Source of the DNA: an uncultured Planctomycetota bacterium
GTDB taxonomy: Bacteria; Planctomycetota; Planctomycetia; Isosphaerales; Isosphaeraceae
DNA length: 64,000 nucleotides
Direction of reading: 5' to 3'
Assembly: GCA_963737655.1 (NCBI GenBank)
Contig: CAVTTN010000002.1
Span: 6,336,001-6,400,000 of the forward strand
Both the position numbers and the translations under genes were made by a program. The notes under the pieces were generated by a model. It saw only the letters and a program-made list of their open reading frames with translations, was not told the origin of the DNA and ran no database searches. Below are positions 22,901-31,323 of this stretch, in pieces; positions within the stretch are counted from its first letter, which is position 1; each line of letters opens with the position of its first letter.

Positions 22901-22911
22901 TGTTCAAGTGA
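19906..22911 (+). CDS. PVC-type heme-binding protein: putative sugar-binding domain, beta-propeller dehydrogenase-like domain, HEAT-like region, cytochrome c
   Basis: Signal peptide; WIW...ADN domain; GEHGPH, GYRNPFD, GPGSPTG, CFNCH, VGPDLT, SMMPEGL. Confidence 0.9.
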   Translation: MRKLGSFRVHFGALAALAAWAGTPSTGRAVAPEGEAAPLWIWTADKGSESQAVHLRKAFEVPEGIKSARIVVAADNEAAVLLDGRPVIENNDWAEPSAKVVTAALAAPGRHVLAVRGRNQGGPAGLVLRLTIEPKSGPPIVVVSDESWKVSVPAPRGWTAPNFDDSKWAKATAVGKLGDAPWNATNDLAFARAASPDEPKASDPSKFKKIKGFDVELLYTVPKDEQGSWVNMTVDPKGRLIVSDQYGKLYRVTPPPVGKAGEVKIEPIEAEIGEAQGLLWAFDSLYVVVNQGQKYPSGLYRVTDTDGDDKLDKVEALRGLNGGGEHGPHAVILGPDGKSLRVIAGNATALTQLSGSDVPRIYDEDQVLPYLTDGNGFMKDERAPGGCIYEVDPDGKNWVLVSMGYRNPFDLAFNRWGDLFTYDSDMEWDVNTPWYRPTRVCQADPGSDLGYRNGSGKWPTYYPDSLPPTVDIGPGSPTGVTFGYGAKFPAKYQEALFICDWSYGKLYALHLSPDQSHYKAEVEEFVTGQPLALTDVVVNPTDGAMYFAVGGRRTLSGLYRVTYSGAESTAPAHPTDTSADARALRRSLEAFQGRKDPKAIEAAWPNLGHPDRFIRYAARVALEFQPPGEWVEKALAETETQALLTALLAVARVGGKELQPKLLDGLGRLDWDALSTAQKLESLRVLELCLIRMGRPDDSSVAHIVEKLDTLFPAKGRELNAELCKLMIALEAPSAASKTMALLETAPTQEEQIEYATALRKLRTGWTPGLRKAYFEWFPKAANFKGGASLAGFIRQIKGDAVATLSTEEKAALQPILDAKPDAKAVVAVAKPRPFVKAWTVPELAPVAETRLNHRDFDRGRTLFAAASCFNCHRFANEGGTVGPDLTGVSGRFSPRDLLESIVLPSKTVSDQYQAWTFATTDGQVVTGRVVNLNGDTLMINTDMLDPNKMVSINQKKVEEKKPSAVSMMPEGLLNTFHEDEILDMIAYLLSKGDRNSPMFK

Positions 22912-22921
22912 CGCGGACGGC

Positions 22922-22951
22922 CCCGCCCCCTCCAGGCGAAGAGGGGGCGGG
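22922..22951 (+). terminator. GC-rich hairpin after the heme-protein gene
   Basis: cccgccccctc / gagggggcggg; no U-tract. Confidence 0.45.
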
Positions 22952-23081
22952 ATCGCGATCCGATGATGCCGAGAGAAAGGGTATCAAAGGGGAGATGATA
23001 TTAGTTCAGAAAGATTGAAATAATGTGATCTGAGAATATTTTCGACAAGTCCTCTTTTCTAGTTACTGCTTTTCCGCCCCC

Positions 23082-23110
23082 AAAGAAAATGCCCCGCGAC
23101 GAGCGGGGCA
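23082..23110 (-). terminator. Intrinsic terminator of the small ORF
   Basis: Minus strand tgccccgc-tcgtc-gcggggca followed by ttttcttt, ~28 nt after the stop codon. Confidence 0.8.
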
Positions 23111-23137
23111 CCAATCGGCGTTCGGTTGAGTAGATTA

Positions 23138-23341
23138 TTATAGGCTGACGAAGATAAATCTAGCAAATTCCTTTATACACTCAACATAAACGGCAGCGGT
23201 TTCAAGGGCGGAATTCAGTGCAGGACAAGTGAGGTGTATTTCCTCCGTCACGACGTTTTCGATGGTTCTCTCGGTTAGGGTCTTCGTCCTTCTGACAGTC
23301 GTCGTCGCAGTTGTCCGTTTCTCCTTCACGTAGCCGACCAT
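23138..23341 (-). CDS. Small orphan protein, 67 aa (MVGYVKEKRT...FARFIFVSL)
   Basis: AAAGGAG 8 nt before the ATG, TAATAA double stop and a downstream terminator; no recognisable family. Confidence 0.6.
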   Translation of the reverse strand: MVGYVKEKRTTATTTVRRTKTLTERTIENVVTEEIHLTCPALNSALETAAVYVECIKEFARFIFVSL

Positions 23342-23590
23342 CTGGGAGGCTCCTTTCTTCCTCCCGCCGATTGGAACGACATCTTTGCCAGGACCAAACG
23401 GCTTTTCAAGTGGAACAAAAAACCACCAGCCATGCGACCCTTTCCTGCTTGACGGCAAGTCCTGCGGAGGGGAGCGTCTGCCCGAAAACGATGGGCTAAG
23501 CCAAAATCGTTCAGGAGGAGAGGGGAGCGGAAAGGTGGACAGAGGGGGATGAGGGGACAGAAGCCGATTCTTAGGCCTTCCTGCCGGGAG

Positions 23591-23697
23591 TTACTAACGG
23601 CCGCATAAAGAAGATCAAGTTCCCGAGACCCGAGACCGGACCATTTCAGCTTCGGAACGCTCCAACGACTTGATCTTCTCTATGCAGCGGTCAGTAA
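23591..23697 (-). ncRNA. Candidate structured RNA element (~30-bp stem)
   Basis: Arms 23591-23620 and 23668-23697; three of the four arm mismatches are G-U pairs when read on the minus strand. Confidence 0.5.
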
Positions 23698-23756
23698 ATC
23701 GGCTCCTGACCCATATTCTGCTCTCTTCGGTCTCGACTCGATGGGGAAAATAAGAC

Positions 23757-23783
23757 ATTATATTTTATGTTCATAAATGTGAA
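23757..23783 (-). promoter_or_regulatory. Possible sigma70-type promoter
   Basis: Minus strand TTCACA-15 nt-TATAAT in an AT-rich patch; spacer is shorter than ideal. Confidence 0.3.
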
Positions 23784-23966
23784 TTCCCCCGTTTCCCTAT
23801 GCTCCTTTTTCCCCTCGCTTGACTTGCCGAGAGCTCGTCGATACCCTGATGCGATCGTGAGATCGCCGACGAGATTTCACGCAGAACGCTCCGTTTGCGT
23901 TCTACGGCCTGTGCCGTACCGTGAGACCGACAGAATCGAGTCCAAGTTCGACTGCGAGTCATATCC

Positions 23967-24656
23967 ATGCCATGTTTCGGCCGCCTGATCGGCACGACCT
24001 TCGTCGTCCTTGTCTTCTCGCCATGCGTCTCGAAGCATGCCCAGGCAGATTTCGACATTTATGCGTTCACGGGTACAATCACCCAAGCGTCTGGACTAGC
24101 TCCCGCACAGTCGGGTGAGCAATTCAAGGGCGAGTTCACTTTCGACGACACGACCCCTGCGCAGTCGATAGACGGGGAAAGGCTGGCCGTCTACTCTCCG
24201 ATCGCCATCCGCTTCTCGGCGAGCACCCCGACTGCAATCCTCGCCGATTTCTCCGACCCACTCGGGTTCATCCAGCTACTCAATGACGATTTTGTAGACT
24301 TCCTCGGCACTTATCAGGATGGCCTACTACTTATGGCCACGGGTCGTGTGGGTAGCCCAGTGCCACAGATCTACGATGAAGTGCTCTTCGATTTAAATAA
24401 CAGCTACTCCGCCACACCGGGCACGCTCTTGAATACCGATCGGTTGAACGATCTAGTCGTCGATTTTTCCCAGGTCTTGGTCACGATCTTTGAAATAAGG
24501 CATACGGACTACAATAATCCCGGGTCGAACTACTCCCTGAAGGGAGAGATAAACTCCTTCACGGTCCGATCCGTCCCGGAGCCGGCCAGCCTCGTCATGC
24601 TGGGGACGGGTGCCCTAGGCGTCTTAGGCTACGCCCGCCGCGGGAAGCGGGCCTGA
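23967..24656 (+). CDS. PEP-CTERM sorting domain protein
   Basis: Signal peptide ending AQA; C-terminus VPEPASLVMLGTGALGVLGYARRGKRA. Confidence 0.9.
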   Translation: MPCFGRLIGTTFVVLVFSPCVSKHAQADFDIYAFTGTITQASGLAPAQSGEQFKGEFTFDDTTPAQSIDGERLAVYSPIAIRFSASTPTAILADFSDPLGFIQLLNDDFVDFLGTYQDGLLLMATGRVGSPVPQIYDEVLFDLNNSYSATPGTLLNTDRLNDLVVDFSQVLVTIFEIRHTDYNNPGSNYSLKGEINSFTVRSVPEPASLVMLGTGALGVLGYARRGKRA

Positions 24657-24672
24657 TTCACAGCGGAGGCAA

Positions 24673-24802
24673 AAACGGGGACGTTCTGGCTCTGTCGAAA
24701 ACCCCGTTCGGGGTCCGAACCGAGTAGGCCCGACTGGAGTCGGTCCTACTCCTCCAACCCTCTTCCAACGGGGTTTTCGAGAGAGCCAGAACGTCCCCGT
24801 TT
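24673..24802. repeat. 130-bp MITE/REP-like element with 36-bp inverted repeats and an internal hairpin
   Basis: aaacggggacgttctggctctgtcgaaaaccccgtt (24673-24708) vs 24767-24802 with 1 mismatch; internal gagtagg...cctactc stem. Confidence 0.85.
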
Positions 24803-24908
24803 CCCTTCCCCGGCCCCGCCAACAGAACACTGGTCGGGTACGACCAGTGGCACCCAGAAAGGCACCATCGCCACCGGCCCGCATGGTTCGGCGTGCCTTT
24901 GTGAGCGA

Positions 24909-25539
24909 TCAGTTCCCCTTGATAAACACCGAGTCGAAGACTTTCTCGAAGTCCTCAAACAACTGATCACTACGTTGACAGGCACGAAGTTTCGATAGGT
25001 AACGACCAAGCCCAAGGGAATAATCCTCGAATAACATATGTGGGTTAATAGATAAGCTGTTCTGATTTGTGGTCGTTCGAACAGTGAAGTAGGGATCACC
25101 CCGATTGCCGTCGAACCCTCCATGACACACTGAAAAGCCGTGTGCGAGGCCGTTGCGGAAATCGGTCCAAAGCATGTCCCCGTAGGAAAAGCATGTCCCC
25201 GTAGGATTTGCTGTCGAGCTTCTCTGTTTCGTACTCCGATGCCATGTAGTGCTTCAGGAACGCATGAAACCGTTTCTTGTTGATGTCACGACCTCTTTTT
25301 TCCAGACACCCGGTTTGGAGCTTTCCAGTCGCTTCGATCGCCGAGCAGATTGCGACCCCAAAGATCAGCAACGCAGATGAATCGAGGGCAACGTGAATTT
25401 CATTGTCTAGGATACGGGCGAGTGGGTTGACAACGACCAACCGCACGCGCTTCTCGAAGTAGTCGATCCGCTCGTTCGGTTCCAGCAGGTGAAGGAACGG
25501 GCGGTCGTAGTCGAGCCACCCCGTCAAGTGCTGCACCAT
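24909..25539 (-). pseudogene. HEPN-like protein disrupted by a 19-bp tandem duplication
   Basis: aaagcatgtccccgtagga at 25169-25187 and 25188-25206. Removing one copy gives ...SYGDMLWTDFRNGLAHG..., an RxxxxH motif, with upstream CSAIE. Confidence 0.7.
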
Positions 25540-25605
25540 GCCAGCCAACTTCGCCTCCGCGGCCAAGTATTTAGTCTGCGTCAGAAGCGATGCAGAATCT
25601 TGTCA

Positions 25606-25663
25606 GGCCGCGATTCTGCGTCCGAAATGACGCTTTCGTCATTTCGGACGCAGAATCGCGGCC
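25606..25663. repeat. 27-bp perfect hairpin at the islet boundary
   Basis: ggccgcgattctgcgtccgaaatgacg-cttt-cgtcatttcggacgcagaatcgcggcc. Confidence 0.9.
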
Positions 25664-25776
25664 GCTTTGGTCATCTTGCCAATGGGTGCCGCCCGTCGCA
25701 AGAGGATTCCTCGGTTCTTCCTCCTGCATTCGCCGATGGAATCGTCGAGTCAGGAACGGGAAAGGGTCCGGCCTCC

Positions 25777-27126
25777 TCAAACCCGGTTCCCCGCCGGGTG
25801 GACCCAGGGGCTTCGGTAGGGGCGGGCGAGCATCTTGTTGGCTTCGTCGTCTCCGACGACCTGGCCCTTTTCGGCGTCCCAGGTGATCGAGCGGCCGAGC
25901 TTCAGGGCGTTGTTGGCGAGGATGCAGCTGGTGGTGGAGATGTGGCCTTCCTCGATGTCGGCCACGGGCTTGCCTCGGGAGTCGATCGCGGCGAGGAAGT
26001 TGAGCATGTGGCGGCGGATCGCCGGGGCGACGTGCCGTTCGAGGTCCTTTTCGGTCCGGTCCTCGGGGTACTGGTCGAGCTCCATCACCACGTCGCCGTG
26101 GAGCGGCTTGCCGCCTCCCATCGGGGTGAAATCATAGCTGTTCACGCTGGCCTTGAGCGTCCCCTTGTCGCCGTAGAAGGTGGCCCCCCACGGGTATTTG
26201 GGGTCGGGGGACTCGCCCCAGGTCCGGTGCTGCCAGACAATCGTGGTGTCGCCGAAGTCGAAGGTGGCGGTCTGGGTGTCGGGGATGTCGGCCTTGCTGG
26301 CCTTGTCCACAAAAATGCCTCCGGCCGAGCCGATCCGCCTGGGCCAGCCCAGGTTGAGCATCCATCGGGCCATGTCGAGCATGTGGATGCACATGTCTCC
26401 CATGATCCCGTTGCCGTACTCGGTGAACGAGCGCCAGCCTCGGGGGTGGATCATCGGGTTGAACGGCCGGAACGGGGCGGGGCCGCACCAGAAGTCCCAG
26501 TCGAGCCCCTCGGGCGGCTTCTGGTCGGGCGGGTTGCCCCGGGCCCTCATGTGATAGTAGCAGTAGACCTCGACGAGCCCGACCTTGCCGAGCAAGCCTT
26601 CGCGGACCACGCGGTCCCGGGCCTCGATCAGGTGGGGGGTGCTCCGCCGTTGGGTGCCGACCTGGACCACTCGCTTGTTGTGCCTCGCGGCGGTGAGCAT
26701 GGCCTGCCCCTCGGCCACGTCCACGCTGATCGGCTTTTGAACGTAGACGTCCGCGCCCGATTCCACCGCCGCGATCATCGGCAGGGCGTGCCAGTGGTCG
26801 GGCGTGGCGATCAGGACGATATCCAGGTCCTTGGGCTTGAGCATCTCCCGGTAGTCGTGGAACAGCCGGGGGGTCTTGCCCGACTTCTGCCGGGAGGCGA
26901 CGATCTCTCCGGCCCCGGTGAGCATTTTTTGATCGACGTCGCAGAGCGAGACGACCTCGACCGGCGCGACCTGGATCAAGCGGAGGAGGTCGGCCTTGCC
27001 GTACCAGCCGGTGCCGATCAGGCCGACCCGGCGGGTCTTGCCGTCGTCGAAGGCCCACGACGACGGCAAGGCCCCGGCGGCCAGCGAGGCCGCGGCGCCG
27101 GCCTGGAGGAAGTGGCGACGTTTCAT
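25777..27126 (-). CDS. Tat-exported Gfo/Idh/MocA oxidoreductase
   Basis: MKRRHFL, GLIGTGWYG, ATPDHWH, YVQKP, GTQRRS. Confidence 0.92.
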   Translation of the reverse strand: MKRRHFLQAGAAASLAAGALPSSWAFDDGKTRRVGLIGTGWYGKADLLRLIQVAPVEVVSLCDVDQKMLTGAGEIVASRQKSGKTPRLFHDYREMLKPKDLDIVLIATPDHWHALPMIAAVESGADVYVQKPISVDVAEGQAMLTAARHNKRVVQVGTQRRSTPHLIEARDRVVREGLLGKVGLVEVYCYYHMRARGNPPDQKPPEGLDWDFWCGPAPFRPFNPMIHPRGWRSFTEYGNGIMGDMCIHMLDMARWMLNLGWPRRIGSAGGIFVDKASKADIPDTQTATFDFGDTTIVWQHRTWGESPDPKYPWGATFYGDKGTLKASVNSYDFTPMGGGKPLHGDVVMELDQYPEDRTEKDLERHVAPAIRRHMLNFLAAIDSRGKPVADIEEGHISTTSCILANNALKLGRSITWDAEKGQVVGDDEANKMLARPYRSPWVHPAGNRV

Positions 27127-27308
27127 GGACGGTGGCCCTCGGGCGAGTGGGAGATGGGGATTCCCGAATCTAACGAGTCGGCCCGGGGATTGCCACGGAG
27201 CGGCTTCGGCCGGGATGGGGTCGATGGGACGAGGCCGGTGTGATCCAATGCAGGGCGGCTCGGTTGGAGACGTCCGAAGCCGTGACCAGGACGACCACCG
27301 GAGGGACC

Positions 27309-28271
27309 GTGAAGGGACCCCCACTCAACCCGCTGGAACTGATCCGCCCTCTCCGGAAGGTCGTGGGCATGTCGGCCGTCCTCCTGCCGTTCCGCTCCGA
27401 CGGGGCGATCGACTGGCCGGGCTTCCGCGCCCACCTCGCCCGGACGGCCGCCTCGGGGCTCGTCCCGGCGGTGAACATGGACACGGGATTTGTTCACTTG
27501 CTGGACTCCGAGACGCGAAAGGCCGTCCTCGACGCGACTTGCGAGACCCTCGACGGCCGGCCGTTCATCGCCGGGGCGTTCGTGGCCGATTCGCCCGGCT
27601 CGGCCTTCGACCTGCCCGCCTACGCCCGGGAGATGGAGGCCATCGAGGGCCGCGGAGGGATGCCCATCCTCTTCCCCTCGTTCGGGCTGACCGAACGGCC
27701 CGATGACGCCCTGATCGCGGCGTTCGAACGGGTCGGCCGCCTGACCGACCGCTTCCTCGCCTTCGAGCTCGGCACCATGTTCGCGCCGTCGGGCCGGATC
27801 TTCTCCCTGGAGGTTTATGAGCGGATCTTGACCATCCGCTCGTGCGTCGGCGCCAAGCATTCGTCGCTGAGCCGGGTCGAGGAGTGGCGGCGATTGGCCC
27901 TCCGCGACCGGGTCCGCCCGGACTTCCTGGTCCTCACGGGCAACGATCTGGCCATTGATATGGTGATCTATGGGAGCGATTACCTCCTCGGCCTCAGCAC
28001 CTTCGCGCCCGACCTGTTCGCCGTCCGCGATGCGATGTGGGAGCGCGGCGATCCGGCGTTCTTCGAGCTGAATGATGGGCTCCAGTACCTCGGCCAGTTC
28101 GCGTTTCGGCCTCCGGTGCCGGCGTACAAGCACTCGGCGGCCATGTTCCTGAAGATTCGAGGATGGATCGATTCGGACCGGACCCATCCCGGGGGGCTCG
28201 CCCGGCCCGACTCGGATCGAGACGTCCTCCGCGAGATCGCCGACCGTCTGGATCGGTTCCGAGGAGCCTGA
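27309..28271 (+). CDS. Dihydrodipicolinate synthase/N-acetylneuraminate lyase-like aldolase
   Basis: [30 protein letters not shown] start assumed. Confidence 0.75.
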   Translation: MKGPPLNPLELIRPLRKVVGMSAVLLPFRSDGAIDWPGFRAHLARTAASGLVPAVNMDTGFVHLLDSETRKAVLDATCETLDGRPFIAGAFVADSPGSAFDLPAYAREMEAIEGRGGMPILFPSFGLTERPDDALIAAFERVGRLTDRFLAFELGTMFAPSGRIFSLEVYERILTIRSCVGAKHSSLSRVEEWRRLALRDRVRPDFLVLTGNDLAIDMVIYGSDYLLGLSTFAPDLFAVRDAMWERGDPAFFELNDGLQYLGQFAFRPPVPAYKHSAAMFLKIRGWIDSDRTHPGGLARPDSDRDVLREIADRLDRFRGA

Positions 28272-28276
28272 ATCGC

Positions 28277-29707
28277 GTGGAAATCCCCCGGATCGCGTCC
28301 CTGAAGACGGCCGACGACTTCCTCGCCCACGTCGGGCGGCTCGGCCTGGATTTGCCGTTCGATGAAGTCGTCGAGACCGGCCCCGACGCCCCCCTGGCCC
28401 GCCCGTTCGCCGGGCCGCGCGGCACGGTCGGCAATCGGTTCGCGATCCTGCCGATGGAGGGCTGGGACGGGACCGCCGACGGCCGCCCCTCGGACCTCAC
28501 GACCCGCCGATGGGAGCGGTTCGGCCGGAGCGGGGCCAAGCTGATCTGGGGGGGCGAGGCCGCCGCCGTCCGGTTCGACGGCCGGGCGAACCCGAATCAA
28601 CTGGTCGTCGAGGAGGCGACGCTCGCCGACCTCCAGGGGCTCCGCGAGCGCCTGGTCTCGGCCCATCGCGAACGGTTCGGGCGGACCGATGACCTGTTCG
28701 TCGGGCTCCAACTGACGCACTCCGGCCGGTTCTCGCGGCCCCGCGACCGATCGAGGCTGGAACCCCGGATCGCCTATCATCACCCGTTGCTGGACCGCAA
28801 ATTCGGACTCGACCCGGGCCATCCGGTCCTTTCGGACCGGGAGCTCGGCGGCCTCGTCGGCGATTTCGCGAGGGCGGCGCGCGATGCTCAGCGGATCGGG
28901 TTCGACTTCGTGGACGTGAAGTGCTGCCACGGCTATCTCGGCCACGAATTGCTCTCGGCCGTCGGGAGGCCGGGGCCGTATGGCGGGTCGTTCGCCAACC
29001 GGACGAGGTTCCTCCGCGAGGTCATCGCCGCCATCCGATCCGAGGCGCCGGGATTGGAGGTCGGCGTCCGCCTGAGCGTGTTCGACTTCGTCCCGTACCG
29101 CAAACGGGCCGACGGCCGGGGCGAGCCGATGCCCTTCGAGGGCCCGACCTACCCGTTCGCCTTCGGCGGAGACCCCGAGACCGGCCGGGGGATCGACCTG
29201 GAGGAGCCGTCGCGATTGCTCTCGCTGCTGAAGTCGATGGATGTGGGTTGGATTTGCGCGACGGCGGGCAACCCGTACACCAATCCCCACCTCCTCCGCC
29301 CGGCCGCGTTCCCGCCGTCGGACGGCTACTTGCCTCCGGAAGACCCGCTGGTGGGCGTGGCCCGGCAGCTCGCCGCCACGAGGCAATTGAAGGCGATGCA
29401 TCCGGACGTGGCGATCGTCGGGTCGGCCTATTCGTACTTGCAGGAATGGCTGCCGAACGTGGCCCAGGCGGTGGTCCGGGGCGGAGGGGCCGATTTCGTC
29501 GGGATCGGCCGGCTGGTCCTGTCCTACCCCGAGTTCCCGGCCGACGTCCTGGGAGGAAAGCGGCTCGAACGCAAACGGATCTGCCGGACGTTCAGCGACT
29601 GCACGTCCGGGCCGAGAAACGGCACGATCTCCGGCTGTTTCCCGCTCGATCCGTTCTACAAGGCGAGGCCCGAACGCGCGATCCTGCCGCCGAGGTCCGG
29701 CGCGTAG
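28277..29707 (+). CDS. NADH:flavin oxidoreductase (Old Yellow Enzyme family)
   Basis: [43 protein letters not shown]-terminal CRTFSDC...GC. Confidence 0.9.
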   Translation: MEIPRIASLKTADDFLAHVGRLGLDLPFDEVVETGPDAPLARPFAGPRGTVGNRFAILPMEGWDGTADGRPSDLTTRRWERFGRSGAKLIWGGEAAAVRFDGRANPNQLVVEEATLADLQGLRERLVSAHRERFGRTDDLFVGLQLTHSGRFSRPRDRSRLEPRIAYHHPLLDRKFGLDPGHPVLSDRELGGLVGDFARAARDAQRIGFDFVDVKCCHGYLGHELLSAVGRPGPYGGSFANRTRFLREVIAAIRSEAPGLEVGVRLSVFDFVPYRKRADGRGEPMPFEGPTYPFAFGGDPETGRGIDLEEPSRLLSLLKSMDVGWICATAGNPYTNPHLLRPAAFPPSDGYLPPEDPLVGVARQLAATRQLKAMHPDVAIVGSAYSYLQEWLPNVAQAVVRGGGADFVGIGRLVLSYPEFPADVLGGKRLERKRICRTFSDCTSGPRNGTISGCFPLDPFYKARPERAILPPRSGA

Positions 29708-29719
29708 CGGCCCCGAGTT

Positions 29720-29797
29720 GGGTGGCATGCCCAGGAAGGTCGGTGTTTCGGGCCGATTCGAATCGAAGACATGCCCACGAAGACGTGGGCATGCCAC
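29720..29797. repeat. Second, partly decayed copy of the catgcccacgaagacgtgggcatgccac REP-like element
   Basis: Full unit at 29770-29797 and partial gggtggcatgccca at 29720; lies between convergent genes. Confidence 0.85.
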
Positions 29798-29821
29798 TCG
29801 GGACAACCTCCGGGAGGGCAC

Positions 29822-30301
29822 TCATCGGGAGGCCGGCGTGGCCCACTTGATGTAGTAGAACGTCAGGGGGGTCTCGCCGGTGTTGACGATGCCGTGGGGG
29901 GCGTTGGGCGTGGTGTACATGACCGAGCCGGCGCCGACCTTGGTGGTCTTGCCCTCGCAGAAGATCTCGCCGTCCCCCTTCTCGACGATCATGACCTCTT
30001 CTTCGACGTGACGGTGGGGGGCGTGAGGGGTCTGGCCGGGGGCGAGGACGAACCGGCCGGTCACGAAATCGCGGCTGGCCGGGGTGTCGCCTTCGAGATA
30101 GGTCCCGACCTCGCCGACCTTCTTGCCGTCGTACTCGAACGGCCCCATCTTCACCTGGTCGAGGTTGACGGTCTGCGAGTTGAGGACCTTGGCCCGCTCC
30201 CGGGCGAAGGCGACTTCGCGGAAGGCCCAGCCGAGCCCGAGGGCGACGGCCAGGGCGGTCGGGACGATCACGGAGAATCGAGGCTTGGTCGCGGCGCTCA
30301 T
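29822..30301 (-). CDS. Exported cupin domain protein
   Basis: N-terminal hydrophobic segment; PHAPHRHVEEE and PNAPHGIVN cupin motifs. Confidence 0.85.
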   Translation of the reverse strand: MSAATKPRFSVIVPTALAVALGLGWAFREVAFARERAKVLNSQTVNLDQVKMGPFEYDGKKVGEVGTYLEGDTPASRDFVTGRFVLAPGQTPHAPHRHVEEEVMIVEKGDGEIFCEGKTTKVGAGSVMYTTPNAPHGIVNTGETPLTFYYIKWATPASR

Positions 30302-30355
30302 CGGTCGTCCTCTCGTCTGGAGACTCGGCACTCAGCACTCGGCACGCCTCGGGCC

Positions 30356-31237
30356 TCAATCCTTCGGGAAGTCGGCCGGGATGGGCAGGGTGACCTTGCC
30401 GGTGGCGGCCCACTCGGCGCCTCGGGCGACGACGGTCTGGAACCCGGGGTCCTGGATCGAGGTCAGGTCGCCTCCGCCGACGTGCCCCATCACGGTGGTG
30501 AAGACGCGGCCCTTGCCATAGGGGATGGTCCAGATCATCGGCTCGTTGGTGCCGGTGCCGCCCTTGGCCTTGTCGGAATAGGCGGTGGCGAGGATGTGCA
30601 TGTCGGCGGCGGGGCCGCGCTGGCCGTGGTACAGCTCGTCGCGGGCGTGGAGCCACTCGTGGGGCATGCCCTGAGTCACGGGGTGCTCGGCGTCGCGGAC
30701 GACGATCTTGTAGGGATGCTGGGGTCCGTGGCCGGCGCCGGGGCCTTCGCCCTTGGGGGTGCGGACGACCTGGCCCTTGTCATCGAGGGTCAGGCGGTCG
30801 CCGAACCCGGGGCCTCGCCAGCCCAGGCCGATCATCTTGTTCCACTCGGTCCAGCCCTCGAAGGCGTTGTTGGCGGCGTGGACGACGACGAGCCCCCCGC
30901 CGTCGGCGACGTACTTTTCCAGGGCCTTCTGCACCGGCTCGGGCCAGGGCTGGCCGTTGTAGTTGCTCAGGACGACGTCGTACTTCGAGAACTCGGGTCG
31001 GAACGAGTCCCAGGCGGCCTGGGGCGCCCGGGAGTCGGGGGTGGTGGCGACGTCCACGGCGAATCGGCCGGTCTTCTCCAGCGACGCCTTCATCGGCGGG
31101 GTCATCGCCTTCCAGTCGTGGTTGTTCTGGCCGTCGATGATCAGGAGCTTGAGCGGCTCGGCGGCCGGGGACGAGCCGGCCCATGAGGCGGCCATCGCCA
31201 GGCCGAGGACCGCGAGGCGAGAACGGATCGAAGTCAT
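30356..31237 (-). CDS. ThuA-like (trehalose utilisation) domain protein, exported
   Basis: IIDGQNNHDW, GGGLVVVHAA, DELYH, GRVFTTVMGH. Confidence 0.88.
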   Translation of the reverse strand: MTSIRSRLAVLGLAMAASWAGSSPAAEPLKLLIIDGQNNHDWKAMTPPMKASLEKTGRFAVDVATTPDSRAPQAAWDSFRPEFSKYDVVLSNYNGQPWPEPVQKALEKYVADGGGLVVVHAANNAFEGWTEWNKMIGLGWRGPGFGDRLTLDDKGQVVRTPKGEGPGAGHGPQHPYKIVVRDAEHPVTQGMPHEWLHARDELYHGQRGPAADMHILATAYSDKAKGGTGTNEPMIWTIPYGKGRVFTTVMGHVGGGDLTSIQDPGFQTVVARGAEWAATGKVTLPIPADFPKD

Positions 31238-31323
31238 GGGAACCCCTGTCCATGTCCGAGGATGAGAACCACACCCCTCGCACTCGGCCCCGAACGGCCC
31301 TCCCGGGCCCCTGGGGAATCCAA

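Noticed and set aside
23340..23750. Known riboswitch (e.g. c-di-GMP) in the leader
   Set aside because: No consensus recognised by eye; an Rfam scan is needed.
23767..24118. Short ORFs overlapping the PEP-CTERM upstream region
   Set aside because: No clear RBS or motifs; they overlap a probable promoter region and a better-supported gene.
24673..25663. Islet hairpins as integron attC sites
   Set aside because: No convincing RYYYAAC/GTTRRRY ends, genes are not co-oriented, and no integrase is present.
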